Positions 10,197 to 19,117 of a stretch of DNA of 46,678 nt are shown here, piece by piece. The position numbers and the translations under genes are program-made. Position 1 is the stretch's first letter; the number at the start of each line of letters is the position of its first letter. Source of the DNA: an uncultured Anaerolineales bacterium (GTDB lineage: Bacteria > Chloroflexota > Anaerolineae > UBA7937 > B3-Chlor); contig CAZOBP010000004.1 of assembly GCA_964577995.1 (NCBI GenBank), positions 1 to 46,678 on the forward strand, written 5' to 3'. The notes below the pieces were generated by a model that worked only from the letters and a program-made list of their open reading frames with translations, searched no databases and was not told where the DNA came from.

Positions 10197-11115
10197 TCTT
10201 CCCGATGCACCCCTGGACAAGCCCTCTGCGATCAGCATCGGGGTCTTCGACGGCGTGCACCTGGGCCATCGGCATCTCATGGACAATCTGATGGCGAGCG
10301 CCAAGGCTGGTGGCTACCTCAGCGGCGTGGTTACCTTCGACCGCCATCCCAACGAGATCCTCGCCCCCCAGAAAGAGATGCGATACCTGACGACGCTGGA
10401 GGACAAGCTGCATCTGCTAGTCGAGGCTGGCCTCGATTTCGTCGTGGCTCTACCGTTCACCAGTGAACTGGCGCAGACGACAGCGCGAGACTTCGTCCAA
10501 GCGTTGGTGGAGCGACTGGGTTTGAAGGAATTGTGGGCCGGGCCGGACTTCGCTCTTGGCAAGGACAGGGGAGGAAACTCGGCCCACCTGAGTCGCCTCG
10601 GAGACGAGCTGGGGTTCCGGTTGTTCAAGCTCGAACCACTCACGTTTTCGGACAGAGTGGTCAGCAGCAGCAGTATTCGTGCGCTGATGCGCGAAGGGGA
10701 GGTGGGTGAGGCCGCCCGTATGCTGGGACGTTTCCCCCACCGCACCGGCAAGGTGGTTGCTGGCGCTCGACGTGGACAACAGTTGGGCTTCCCCACCGCC
10801 AACCTCGAGATGGGCGAGAATCTGATAGTCCCCGCCAACGGCGTGTACGCAGTACGCGCCTCTTGGGACAGTGTCAACCACGCAGCGGTCGTCAACATAG
10901 GCCACCGGCCGACCTTCGAACAGAACTCACAGAGAGTCCTCGAGGCTCACATCCTAGATTTCTCCGGAGACCTGTATGGCAAGGAGCTGCGAGTGGAGTT
11001 CATAGAGCGGCTCCGCCCAGAGCTGCGCTTCGACAGCAGTGAAGCCCTCATTGCGCAGATGAGGACGGATGTTGCCCGGGCGCGGCGCCTTTTCGACGAG
11101 CTGAGCCTGGGATGA
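10180..11115 (+). CDS. ribF: Bifunctional riboflavin kinase/FAD synthetase
   Basis: Start refined to ATG 10180. IGVFDGVHLGH, TFDRHP, GPDFALG, VSSSSIR, GFPTAN, NIGHRPTF, LEAHILDF. Confidence 0.96.
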   Translation: MKPLRDLPDAPLDKPSAISIGVFDGVHLGHRHLMDNLMASAKAGGYLSGVVTFDRHPNEILAPQKEMRYLTTLEDKLHLLVEAGLDFVVALPFTSELAQTTARDFVQALVERLGLKELWAGPDFALGKDRGGNSAHLSRLGDELGFRLFKLEPLTFSDRVVSSSSIRALMREGEVGEAARMLGRFPHRTGKVVAGARRGQQLGFPTANLEMGENLIVPANGVYAVRASWDSVNHAAVVNIGHRPTFEQNSQRVLEAHILDFSGDLYGKELRVEFIERLRPELRFDSSEALIAQMRTDVARARRLFDELSLG

Positions 11116-11528
11116 GATCCGCCCGTGTGCGCTTCGAAGAAGTGGAACACGTTGCGGACGCTGCACTGCGAGTATACGGCAGCGACTGGAGTGAACTCCT
11201 CTCCAACGCGGCCCTGGGCATGTTCAGCCTGATAGCCCGTTGGAAAAACACGCTGCCGTGCGCGGAGCAGAAGTTGTCTCTGCGGTCGGTTGATGCCGAG
11301 ACCCTGCTGGTCGACTGGCTGAGCGAACTGCTGTACCTCCACGAGATGCAGGATCTGGTGTACATCGATTTCGACATCCTCAACGCCTCGTCCGATGCCC
11401 TCGAGGCCATCGCCAGGGGAACGGACCAGTGGGTACCTCAAACAGCAATCAAGGCCGTGACCTTCAACGATCTACAGGTCTCCAGAACGGCTGACGGCTA
11501 CGCGACCACCATCGTATTCGACACCTAG
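11112..11528 (+). CDS. Archease
   Basis: FEEVEHVAD, LLVDWLSELLY and IKAVTFN...IVFDT are typical of archease; directly upstream of rtcB. Confidence 0.9.
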   Translation: MRSARVRFEEVEHVADAALRVYGSDWSELLSNAALGMFSLIARWKNTLPCAEQKLSLRSVDAETLLVDWLSELLYLHEMQDLVYIDFDILNASSDALEAIARGTDQWVPQTAIKAVTFNDLQVSRTADGYATTIVFDT

Positions 11529-11838
11529 ATGGGCAAACAGTCACGGAAAGGGGGAACGTGCTAACCTTATGTACTGCTGTCCATGGTGTCGTCAGGTGAG
11601 AGGACTCAGGTCAAGTCGGTCGTGACGAGCGACCAGGAGTGCGCGGCCGAGCACTCCAAGTAGGCTGCGAAGGCGGCTCTCCTGGCCAAGTCTTCACCGC
11701 CATGTCCTGCTCCGAGTTCGAGCAGGTCGTGCCGGAACCCTGAACCGGCCCTCAGCCTGTGATCGGCAGTTGCAGAAGTGCATGGCCACGCGAGGGTTGC
11801 ACGCCTCCGGACACCCCTCGGCATAGGAGGCTTCCACC

Positions 11839-13287
11839 ATGGTTGAGAAAAAAGACATCAAGAAGATCGATCACTACCTGTATGAGATCCCGAGCAGCTA
11901 CAGGGAGGACATGCGGGTGCCAGCCCGCGTTTACGCCGATGATCTGCTCCTCCAGGCGGCGCTGCACGACCGCTCGATGGAGCAGCTCGTCAACACCACC
12001 ACCCTGCCCGGCGTTGTTGAATATACGCTTGCCATGCCGGACATCCACCAGGGATATGGTTTTCCCATCGGTGGAGTGGCGGCCACCCGACCTCCTGACG
12101 GAGTCATATCGCCAGGTGGGATTGGCTACGATATCAACTGCGGTGTGCGCGTACTTGCCTCAGACATCGAACGAGATGAAGTGGAGCCCCATATCGAGGA
12201 CGTGCTCCAGGCCATGTATCACCTCGTCCCCAGCGGCCTGGGCAAGGGTGGGATCAAGATCTCGAGGCGAGACCTTGACGCCGTTCTGGAGAGGGGAGCC
12301 GCCTGGGCGGTGGCCAAGGGGTACGGCACGAAGGAAGACCTGGTGCGCACAGAAGCAGAGGGCTGCCTGACCGAGGCTGGCGCCTCCAAGGTCAGTCAGA
12401 AGGCCAAGGATCGAGGCTTGCAGCAGCTAGGATCGTTGGGTTCAGGCAATCACTTCTTAGAGGTCGACGAGATCGTAGAGGTGTACGACGCCAGAGTCGC
12501 AGAGACCTTCGGGCTGCGACGCGGGCACGTTGCCATCCAGATTCACTGCGGTTCTCGGGGTCTGGGGCATCAGGTTTGCAGCGACTACGTCAGGGTGCTA
12601 CAGCAGGCAGTCAAGAAGTACGGCATAGTCTTGCCGGACCGGGAACTGGTCTGTGCACCGTTCGGATCGCCGGAGGGGCAAGACTACTTCGCTGCCATGG
12701 CGGCGTCGGCCAATTTCGCCTGGGCCAACCGACAGATCATAGCCCACTGGGTGCGCCGCGCACTCGAGGAAGCGCTGGCCGGCAAAGTCCGGTCCTGGGA
12801 GCTCACTCAAGTGTACGATGTGGCACACAACATCGGCAAGCTCGAACGCTATGAGGTGAACGGCAAGCAAACGAAGCTGGTCATCCATCGCAAGGGCGCA
12901 ACGCGCGCCTTCGGCCCAAGCTCAGAAGAGCTGCCCGACGTATACAAGGGCGTGGGTCAGCCCGTCTTGGTCCCCGGGAGCATGGGAACTGCCTCCTACG
13001 TCCTGGTGGCCACAGATAGGGCGCGCGATCTGACTTTTGGCTCTACTTGCCACGGAGCTGGTCGCGTTCTCAGCAGAACGGCGGCCAAGAAGAGGATCTG
13101 GGGAGAGGACCTGCTCCGCGAGATGCGAGAGAGAGGAATCGCCGTGCAAGCTGGCAGCATGGCTGGCCTGGCGGAGGAAGCCCCGCAGGCCTACAAGGAT
13201 GTGGAGAGAGTAGTGGAGGTCGTGACAGGTGCTGGTCTGGCCCGTAAGGTGGCCCGCCTAGAACCTTTCGGCGTGATCAAAGGCTGA
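11839..13287 (+). CDS. rtcB: RtcB RNA 3'-phosphate/2',3'-cyclic phosphate ligase
   Basis: MPDIHQGYGFPIGGV, GYDINCGVR, GSGNHFLE, HCGSRG, YDVAHN, HRKGATRA, PGSMG, CHGAGR, EEAPQAYKD. Confidence 0.97.
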   Translation: MVEKKDIKKIDHYLYEIPSSYREDMRVPARVYADDLLLQAALHDRSMEQLVNTTTLPGVVEYTLAMPDIHQGYGFPIGGVAATRPPDGVISPGGIGYDINCGVRVLASDIERDEVEPHIEDVLQAMYHLVPSGLGKGGIKISRRDLDAVLERGAAWAVAKGYGTKEDLVRTEAEGCLTEAGASKVSQKAKDRGLQQLGSLGSGNHFLEVDEIVEVYDARVAETFGLRRGHVAIQIHCGSRGLGHQVCSDYVRVLQQAVKKYGIVLPDRELVCAPFGSPEGQDYFAAMAASANFAWANRQIIAHWVRRALEEALAGKVRSWELTQVYDVAHNIGKLERYEVNGKQTKLVIHRKGATRAFGPSSEELPDVYKGVGQPVLVPGSMGTASYVLVATDRARDLTFGSTCHGAGRVLSRTAAKKRIWGEDLLREMRERGIAVQAGSMAGLAEEAPQAYKDVERVVEVVTGAGLARKVARLEPFGVIKG

Positions 13288-13354
13288 TCACAGACCCGTC
13301 GCCGACCTCAGCAGAAAGAAAATTGAGAGCGGACGGGCCCTGAGCACGCCCGCT

Positions 13355-14278
13355 CTATTCTCCAGCCAGCCCCAGGTCCGGGGCGATCTCCTTCATCGCG
13401 TCGAGCACGATCTCGATGTGCTCATTCAGCTCGACGTCCAACTCCTTCGCCGCTTCTTCGATGTGCTGTCGGTTCACCGCCGCTGCGAATGCCCTGTCCT
13501 TCCACTTCTTGCGCACAGACTTGGGCTTCACGTCCAGAATGCTCTTGCTGGGGCGGACCAGGGCCACGGCAACCAGAAAACCGGTCAGGTCGTCGACCGC
13601 GCAGAGAGTCTTCTCCATGCGCGTTTCTGGAGACACGCCAGTGTATTCGCTGGCATGAGAAAGCACCGCCCTGACGACCTCCTCCGGCCAGCCTCTTTCT
13701 CTCAGGATCTGGGCACCGGTGACAGGATGCCCTTCCACGCTCAGATCGGGGTTCTGATCGTAGTCGAAGTCGTGAACCAGACCGACGATGCCCCACAACT
13801 CCTCGTCCTCGCCATACCTGTGGGCATAGGCCCTCATGGCCGCTTCCACGGCCAACATGTGCCGGACGAGGTTCTGGTTCTCGGTGAACTCGCTCACCAG
13901 CTCCCAGGCCTTCTGCCGATTGATATCCATCCTCTTCAGCCTTTCCACCGCCTCGGCGTATCTCGGGCTATTGGCCGCCCAGTCTCGCGGACCCTGGCAA
14001 GGAAAGTCCGCACAAGCGCAACAGTACTCCAGACCCCGACTATCGACACAGCACTTCAGGATCCAGCAATCTGGAGACCAGTGCTTCTCTCTGCCTCCCT
14101 TGCATCCGTCACAGCGAACATGTTCCGCTGCTGCGTCTACGCCTCTCTCGGTCTTGAACCAGTCCGCAACGCGCTGGGCGGTTACTCGGTCACTCACAGC
14201 CTTGTAGATGTCGCATTCGGCACAGAAAAGACCACATACAGCGATCATCCGCCTGCACCACGCCAGTTCGTTTCGCAC
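13355..14278 (-). CDS. DUF3795-like Cys-rich domain fused in frame to an HDIG/HD-domain hydrolase
   Basis: N-half CGLFCAEC...CDGC...CWILKCC...YCCACADFPC; C-half RHMLAVE, GLVHDFDY, H-P, AVLSHA, RPSKS, KKWKDRAFAAAVNR. Internal ATG at 13930. Confidence 0.8.
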   Translation of the reverse strand: MRNELAWCRRMIAVCGLFCAECDIYKAVSDRVTAQRVADWFKTERGVDAAAEHVRCDGCKGGREKHWSPDCWILKCCVDSRGLEYCCACADFPCQGPRDWAANSPRYAEAVERLKRMDINRQKAWELVSEFTENQNLVRHMLAVEAAMRAYAHRYGEDEELWGIVGLVHDFDYDQNPDLSVEGHPVTGAQILRERGWPEEVVRAVLSHASEYTGVSPETRMEKTLCAVDDLTGFLVAVALVRPSKSILDVKPKSVRKKWKDRAFAAAVNRQHIEEAAKELDVELNEHIEIVLDAMKEIAPDLGLAGE

Positions 14279-14412
14279 GAATCGGCCATACCGCCCAAAC
14301 GTCCCCAGGTCCTGACGCTCTCACGAGCAGCTCACTGAACTATAGCACAGTGCGGCCCGCTGGTCTACCCTCGCCTGTGGGAACAGGACGACGACCCACC
14401 GGAACCTCGCCG

Positions 14413-15357
14413 TTAGGCACCCTCCTTGGGAAGCACAAACCCGAGATGGCGCAGCGCAGCGTCGTCACGCGGCCACTGCTTGCGTACCTTGACCCACAGA
14501 TCCAGATAGGCTTTGGTGCCCAACAAACCCTCTATCTCCTGCCGCGCATCACGTCCTATGCGCTTCAGCATCTTGCCGCCCTGTCCAATCACGATGCCCT
14601 TCTGACTATCCTTGGCCACGTAGATAGTGGCCTCGATGTAGGTCATGTTCTCCGTTCGCTCCTGGAACTCCTCCACCACCACCGCGACCCAGTGAGGCAC
14701 CTCATGATGCAGATGGTGCAAGACCTGCTCCCGTATCAATTCGCTCGCCATGAAGCGCACGGTCTGATCTGTGATCTGCTCCGGCGGATAGAACTGCGGC
14801 CCGGCAGGTAGATGCTGGACGATCAGAGTCAACAACTGATCGCGATTGTGTCCCTCGGTGGCCGAGGCCATGACCGACTCTGGACAGTTGGCCAGGGGCA
14901 GATACGCTCCCCGAGCTGCCTCCTCCTGATCAGACGAAAGAAGGTCCACCTTGTTCATCACCAGGATGCAGGGACTTGCAGCCAACTCCTCGATCAACCC
15001 GGCCAGCTTGCGATCTTCCTTGCCGGGCGGTCTTGATACGTCAACCACGAACAGCACCACGTCGGCATCGGGGATTGCGCGCGCCGCCGTCTCCACCATG
15101 TACTCACCCAGCTTGTGGCGCGGCTCGTGAACGCCAGGCGTATCGACGAAGACTATCTGCGCCTCCGGCAAGGTGAGGATTCCTCGCAGCCTTCGGCGAG
15201 TGGTCTGAGGTTTCGGAGATACGATGGCCACCTTCTGACCCACGTAGCCGTTGATGAGGGTCGACTTGCCCACGTTCGGCTTGCCCACCACGGCCACAAA
15301 ACCGGAACGGTAGTCTTCAGGCAGCCCTTCCTGCATCAGGAGTCCCATCGTCTTCAC
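14413..15357 (-). CDS. era: GTPase Era
   Basis: GFVAVVGKPNVGKSTL, KPQTTR, DTPG, NKVD, KH domain with GIVIGQGGKMLK. True start may be 15348 or 15336. Confidence 0.97.
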   Translation of the reverse strand: MKTMGLLMQEGLPEDYRSGFVAVVGKPNVGKSTLINGYVGQKVAIVSPKPQTTRRRLRGILTLPEAQIVFVDTPGVHEPRHKLGEYMVETAARAIPDADVVLFVVDVSRPPGKEDRKLAGLIEELAASPCILVMNKVDLLSSDQEEAARGAYLPLANCPESVMASATEGHNRDQLLTLIVQHLPAGPQFYPPEQITDQTVRFMASELIREQVLHHLHHEVPHWVAVVVEEFQERTENMTYIEATIYVAKDSQKGIVIGQGGKMLKRIGRDARQEIEGLLGTKAYLDLWVKVRKQWPRDDAALRHLGFVLPKEGA

Positions 15358-15389
15358 CCTTCAGGCGTCCGAGCCGTACGGCAAGCGTC

Positions 15390-16301
15390 TCAGTCGCGGC
15401 CCCCTATCTCGTCCAGCGACCCCATCACAGCCCTCACACCCGCCAGGTTCCTTTCGAACTCCGTATCCCTCTTGTTCGTCAGCTCCAGCTCCACCGCGGC
15501 TACCCCCTGTGCGGAAAGGTAATCTACCATGGCGCCGGTGACGGGATACGAAGCCCAACCCTCCTCTGCGAATGGATAGCCAGTCGCCTCCGACAGGCGA
15601 CGAGCCAGTTCCGACGAAGGAGGATGGTCAGAGCACGAGGTCACGAAGATTTGGCCAGCCATACTGTGATAGAATACGGCCACCTCCGCATCCTCCAGAA
15701 AGCCCCGCAGTATCTGAGTCTCCACCTCGGAGAAGGGAGACGAACCTCCCCCGCCTTCGATGATGCCCTCCGTGGTGTGGGTGTCCTGGACCCAGTCGTT
15801 CTCAGTGCAAGAATCCCCATCCGTGTCCGCATTGCGGTTGAGATCTACCATGCGAGAGTTACACCTGGTCCCGTTCGCCAGACCGTCGGGGTTGGCAGTC
15901 GGTATGATCCACAAGGTGACCTCGCGAGGCACCTCGTCCTGATGCTCCTCGAAGTGAGCGATCATGTCCAGCGCCAGCCGATGCGTATTCTCCTCTGTGC
16001 CGCCATGGATGTTCCCGACGAGAACCACCTTGCGCGGGCCGGCGCCGAGCCAATGGGCGACGATCAGCCTGCCTTCCCAAGACTCCCCCAGCACCTGTTT
16101 TCCGCGAATCGCGGGCGTCCGGCTCGCCGTGGGCGTCGCCATCGCTGTTGGCACTCCCTGCTCTTCCACGACGGTAGCCATAGGATGAGCAGGTTGAGTG
16201 GCCTCCACAGTGGAGATCGGCGCTCCTTGACCAGCACAACCCGCCAACAACCAGGCGAGGGCCAAGCACAGCGCCCCACCGGCCAGTCCTCTTTCCGCCA
16301 T
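15390..16301 (-). CDS. Lipoprotein, M14 family zinc carboxypeptidase (MpaA-like)
   Basis: Lipobox LAGC; IHGGTE, NPDG, DLNRN, FYHS and ELE motifs. ATG overlaps the upstream stop (TGATG). Confidence 0.82.
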   Translation of the reverse strand: MAERGLAGGALCLALAWLLAGCAGQGAPISTVEATQPAHPMATVVEEQGVPTAMATPTASRTPAIRGKQVLGESWEGRLIVAHWLGAGPRKVVLVGNIHGGTEENTHRLALDMIAHFEEHQDEVPREVTLWIIPTANPDGLANGTRCNSRMVDLNRNADTDGDSCTENDWVQDTHTTEGIIEGGGGSSPFSEVETQILRGFLEDAEVAVFYHSMAGQIFVTSCSDHPPSSELARRLSEATGYPFAEEGWASYPVTGAMVDYLSAQGVAAVELELTNKRDTEFERNLAGVRAVMGSLDEIGGRD

Positions 16302-19117
16302 CACTGCGCTGCCCAATTCAGCAAGAATACGTCACCCGCTCTCGTGCCTGCAATGATCTGATCGCCCTCTTGGTCGTAGCTGGGCCGGGTCGCCACAGCC
16401 GTGGCCGGGTCAGGCCCCTCATACAATCCTAGCACAGCGCCATCGCTGATGTCCAGCACATAGATGCCTCCTGAAGAGAAGTAGTCGCCGGTGGCCACCG
16501 CAACCTCTCGCACTCCGTCGCCATTCACATCGACGACGGTAAGATCGCTTACCGGCCCGGGGAGTTGACAGCTCCACTTCACCATCCCTGTGGCGTCGAG
16601 CAAGTCCACGGTAGCATCCGACGAGCCGACCAGGACCTCGTCTATCCCATCCCTGTCTGTGTCCACCACGGGCACAAGAACAGGCGATGACATCGCCCCA
16701 TGCTCCCAGGTAAGGTGCCCTGCGACGTCCAAAGCCGAAACACCGGCGCTCGGGTGTCCGGTTGCCACCAAGATCCGCGCTGAGCCCTCAGGGCCCACGG
16801 CGCCGACGGCTACTTGATCGGCATAACCTCCCGTTGACAGTCTCCAGAGCAGAGTTCCCCCATCAGCCAGCGCGTAGATGCTCTCCGCCCCGGCGATCAC
16901 CTCTCCCCTTCCGTCGCCGACCAGGTCCCCAATCCAGACCGCATAAACTGAGCCATTCGTGGGGTACTTCCAGCGCAAGCTCCCATCCCCATTCAGCACA
17001 TAGATCGTGTCCCCGAAGGCACCCCACTCTCCCACCGCCACCTCCATGGTGGGGTCGGCATCCACACTCCCCATAGCGACGTCCAGCACGGCGGCTTCCA
17101 CCTCAAAGCGCCACTGCAACTCCCCATCGGCATCCAGCACCAGGACCGCGCCCGGCTCGTCCAGCAATCCCAAGGCGGCCACTACTTCCGGTCGCCCATC
17201 GCCATTCACGTCACCCCACGCCAGATCATTCACCTGTTGTGTCGTCTCGTACTCCCAGCGCAGCGAGCCATCTTCGTTGATCGCATATAGACGCCCTGGT
17301 CCGCCTGGCGGTCCGGCTGCCGCGAGTATTTCGCCCTCTCCGTTTCCGTCCAAGTCACACGTCTGCAACACCGTCACCTGACCATCGAGTCTGGTCTTAC
17401 AGGCAGTCTGCAAGTCTTCAAGCCGCTCGTCGCCCCCGGCGACCACCTCCGCCCCCAGCGCTAGCCAGCCCTCTCCCTCACTAAGCTCAAGCAGGTCTGA
17501 CAAGACCGACCTGGCCTCTGGCGATGGCAGCACAGCGGGCTGTCCAGCCCCGATGTGCACCGGCAAGAGACGCACCTGCTTCAGCCCCGTGCCGTCCAGC
17601 AAGGCGCAGAGGATTAACCCCTGCGCGGTCTCGCGAGAGAAGGGTTGGTCGAAGACGAAGTTGCCCAGACTGTAGACTACGAGCCCGTCATCGTAAGATC
17701 CCACTGCACCGATCACGTGAGGGTGGTGTCCGACCACAAGATCTGCGCCCGCCTCGACCAGACCACGAGCTATCTCTCGCTGGAAGTCGTCCGGCACGGG
17801 CAGGTACTCAGTCCCCCAATGCAGAGACACGAAAACGAGGTCAGCTTCCTCACTGGCACTCCGCACATCGTCGTAGACGCTCGTGGGGTCCAGATAGTCC
17901 GGTCCACCAAACTCACCGTCTGCCGCACTGTCGTATCCCCCTACGTGGTTGTAGGCCAGAAAGGCAAGCCTCAGTCCCCTGACGTTAACCATGACCGGGC
18001 CGGACGCTTCCCTGGTGGCCTGCTCCAGCCCTGCGTAAAGGATGCCCATCTTCTCCAAGGCGTCCTCTGTGTCGAGCAGGCCCACCTCACCATAGTCGAG
18101 GATGTGGTTGTTGGCCAGCGACACTATGTCAAACCCCGCCTCGGCCAGCCCTTCCGCCACTGAGGGATCGGCCCTGAGGGAGATCGCACCCTGGGGAACG
18201 CCTCGCGAGGTGATGGGGCTCTCCAGGTTAGCGAAGGCCACGTCTGCCCGCCTGATCAGATCCCGAGTGCGAAGAAACGGATACGACGGGCCGTTGGCAT
18301 CGATCATGTGGCCGACACCTCGCCCCAGCATCACGTCGCCCACCGCCACCAAGCTGACCAATGGCTCGACCTCCCGCGCTAGTCCTTCTCGGATCTCCTC
18401 AGCCAGACTGTCGTTGCCTTCCAGGTCTCCCACCAACCACCAGAGTCGCCGGTAGGGGTACTCCTCGATCGTCTGAGAGTCTATGGAATGACCGTCAATA
18501 GCCACAGCGCGAACGTGAAAGTCGACGTGTCTCCAGGGGAGCATGGCCAGAGTCCACCTATCGTGCTCCACGGCCGATCTCGCCTCCGCCCAAGACGAGA
18601 CATGGACCGCTTGCTCTGCAATCTGCTCGATGTCCAGGAGTTCCTTGGCTGCCAGACCATCCTGGACGACCACGGGGCGATACTCTCCTGCCTCGGCGTA
18701 TATGTCCCTTAACCACTCCATCGACACGTCCTCGAGCGGACAGGCTGTGTTGCAGACCAGGGCGAAGGGCTCAGTTCGTAGAAGTTCGGCCATCTCTTCG
18801 GGAGCTTGCCCGCTCACGATGGCCAGCCTGGATTGGCCAATACGCAGCAGCTCCAAAGCATCAGCAGCACCGTCCACCGGCCCTGCTGCACAGTGGGGGT
18901 ACCTCTCCTGGAGAGATGGAAAGAACTGCTGTTCCTCAGCCCATAGATCGCTCTGCACGGCGAGGCACGGTGCCTCGTCAACTGTGGACGTGGGGAGATG
19001 GTGCTTGGAGGCGGGAGTCCCGGTGAGTGCGGGCGCCCTGGCCAGGCAACCAACTAACAGAACAGACAAAAGGAAGGAGCAGGTGAGGCTGGACGGCGAT
19101 CTCGCCAGCCCCCTCAC
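16301..19117 (-). CDS. Lipoprotein: substrate-binding-like N-domain + CapA (PGA_cap) metallophosphatase + FG-GAP/PQQ-like beta-propeller
   Basis: Lipobox LVGC; CapA motifs VGDVMLGR, ANLESP, LANNHILDYG, LHWGTEY, GHHPHV, YSLGNFVFD; repeats DLDGNG, DVNGDG, DLVGDG, DTDRDG with LRWEY/LRWKY. Confidence 0.82.
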   Translation of the reverse strand: MRGLARSPSSLTCSFLLSVLLVGCLARAPALTGTPASKHHLPTSTVDEAPCLAVQSDLWAEEQQFFPSLQERYPHCAAGPVDGAADALELLRIGQSRLAIVSGQAPEEMAELLRTEPFALVCNTACPLEDVSMEWLRDIYAEAGEYRPVVVQDGLAAKELLDIEQIAEQAVHVSSWAEARSAVEHDRWTLAMLPWRHVDFHVRAVAIDGHSIDSQTIEEYPYRRLWWLVGDLEGNDSLAEEIREGLAREVEPLVSLVAVGDVMLGRGVGHMIDANGPSYPFLRTRDLIRRADVAFANLESPITSRGVPQGAISLRADPSVAEGLAEAGFDIVSLANNHILDYGEVGLLDTEDALEKMGILYAGLEQATREASGPVMVNVRGLRLAFLAYNHVGGYDSAADGEFGGPDYLDPTSVYDDVRSASEEADLVFVSLHWGTEYLPVPDDFQREIARGLVEAGADLVVGHHPHVIGAVGSYDDGLVVYSLGNFVFDQPFSRETAQGLILCALLDGTGLKQVRLLPVHIGAGQPAVLPSPEARSVLSDLLELSEGEGWLALGAEVVAGGDERLEDLQTACKTRLDGQVTVLQTCDLDGNGEGEILAAAGPPGGPGRLYAINEDGSLRWEYETTQQVNDLAWGDVNGDGRPEVVAALGLLDEPGAVLVLDADGELQWRFEVEAAVLDVAMGSVDADPTMEVAVGEWGAFGDTIYVLNGDGSLRWKYPTNGSVYAVWIGDLVGDGRGEVIAGAESIYALADGGTLLWRLSTGGYADQVAVGAVGPEGSARILVATGHPSAGVSALDVAGHLTWEHGAMSSPVLVPVVDTDRDGIDEVLVGSSDATVDLLDATGMVKWSCQLPGPVSDLTVVDVNGDGVREVAVATGDYFSSGGIYVLDISDGAVLGLYEGPDPATAVATRPSYDQEGDQIIAGTRAGDVFLLNWAAQ

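Noticed and set aside
11565-11750. MYCCPWCRQV... and a GTG frame with an internal TGA between archease and rtcB (glutaredoxin remnant or selenoprotein?)
   Set aside because: The frames are short and broken, with no SECIS of the local geometry and no clear family match.
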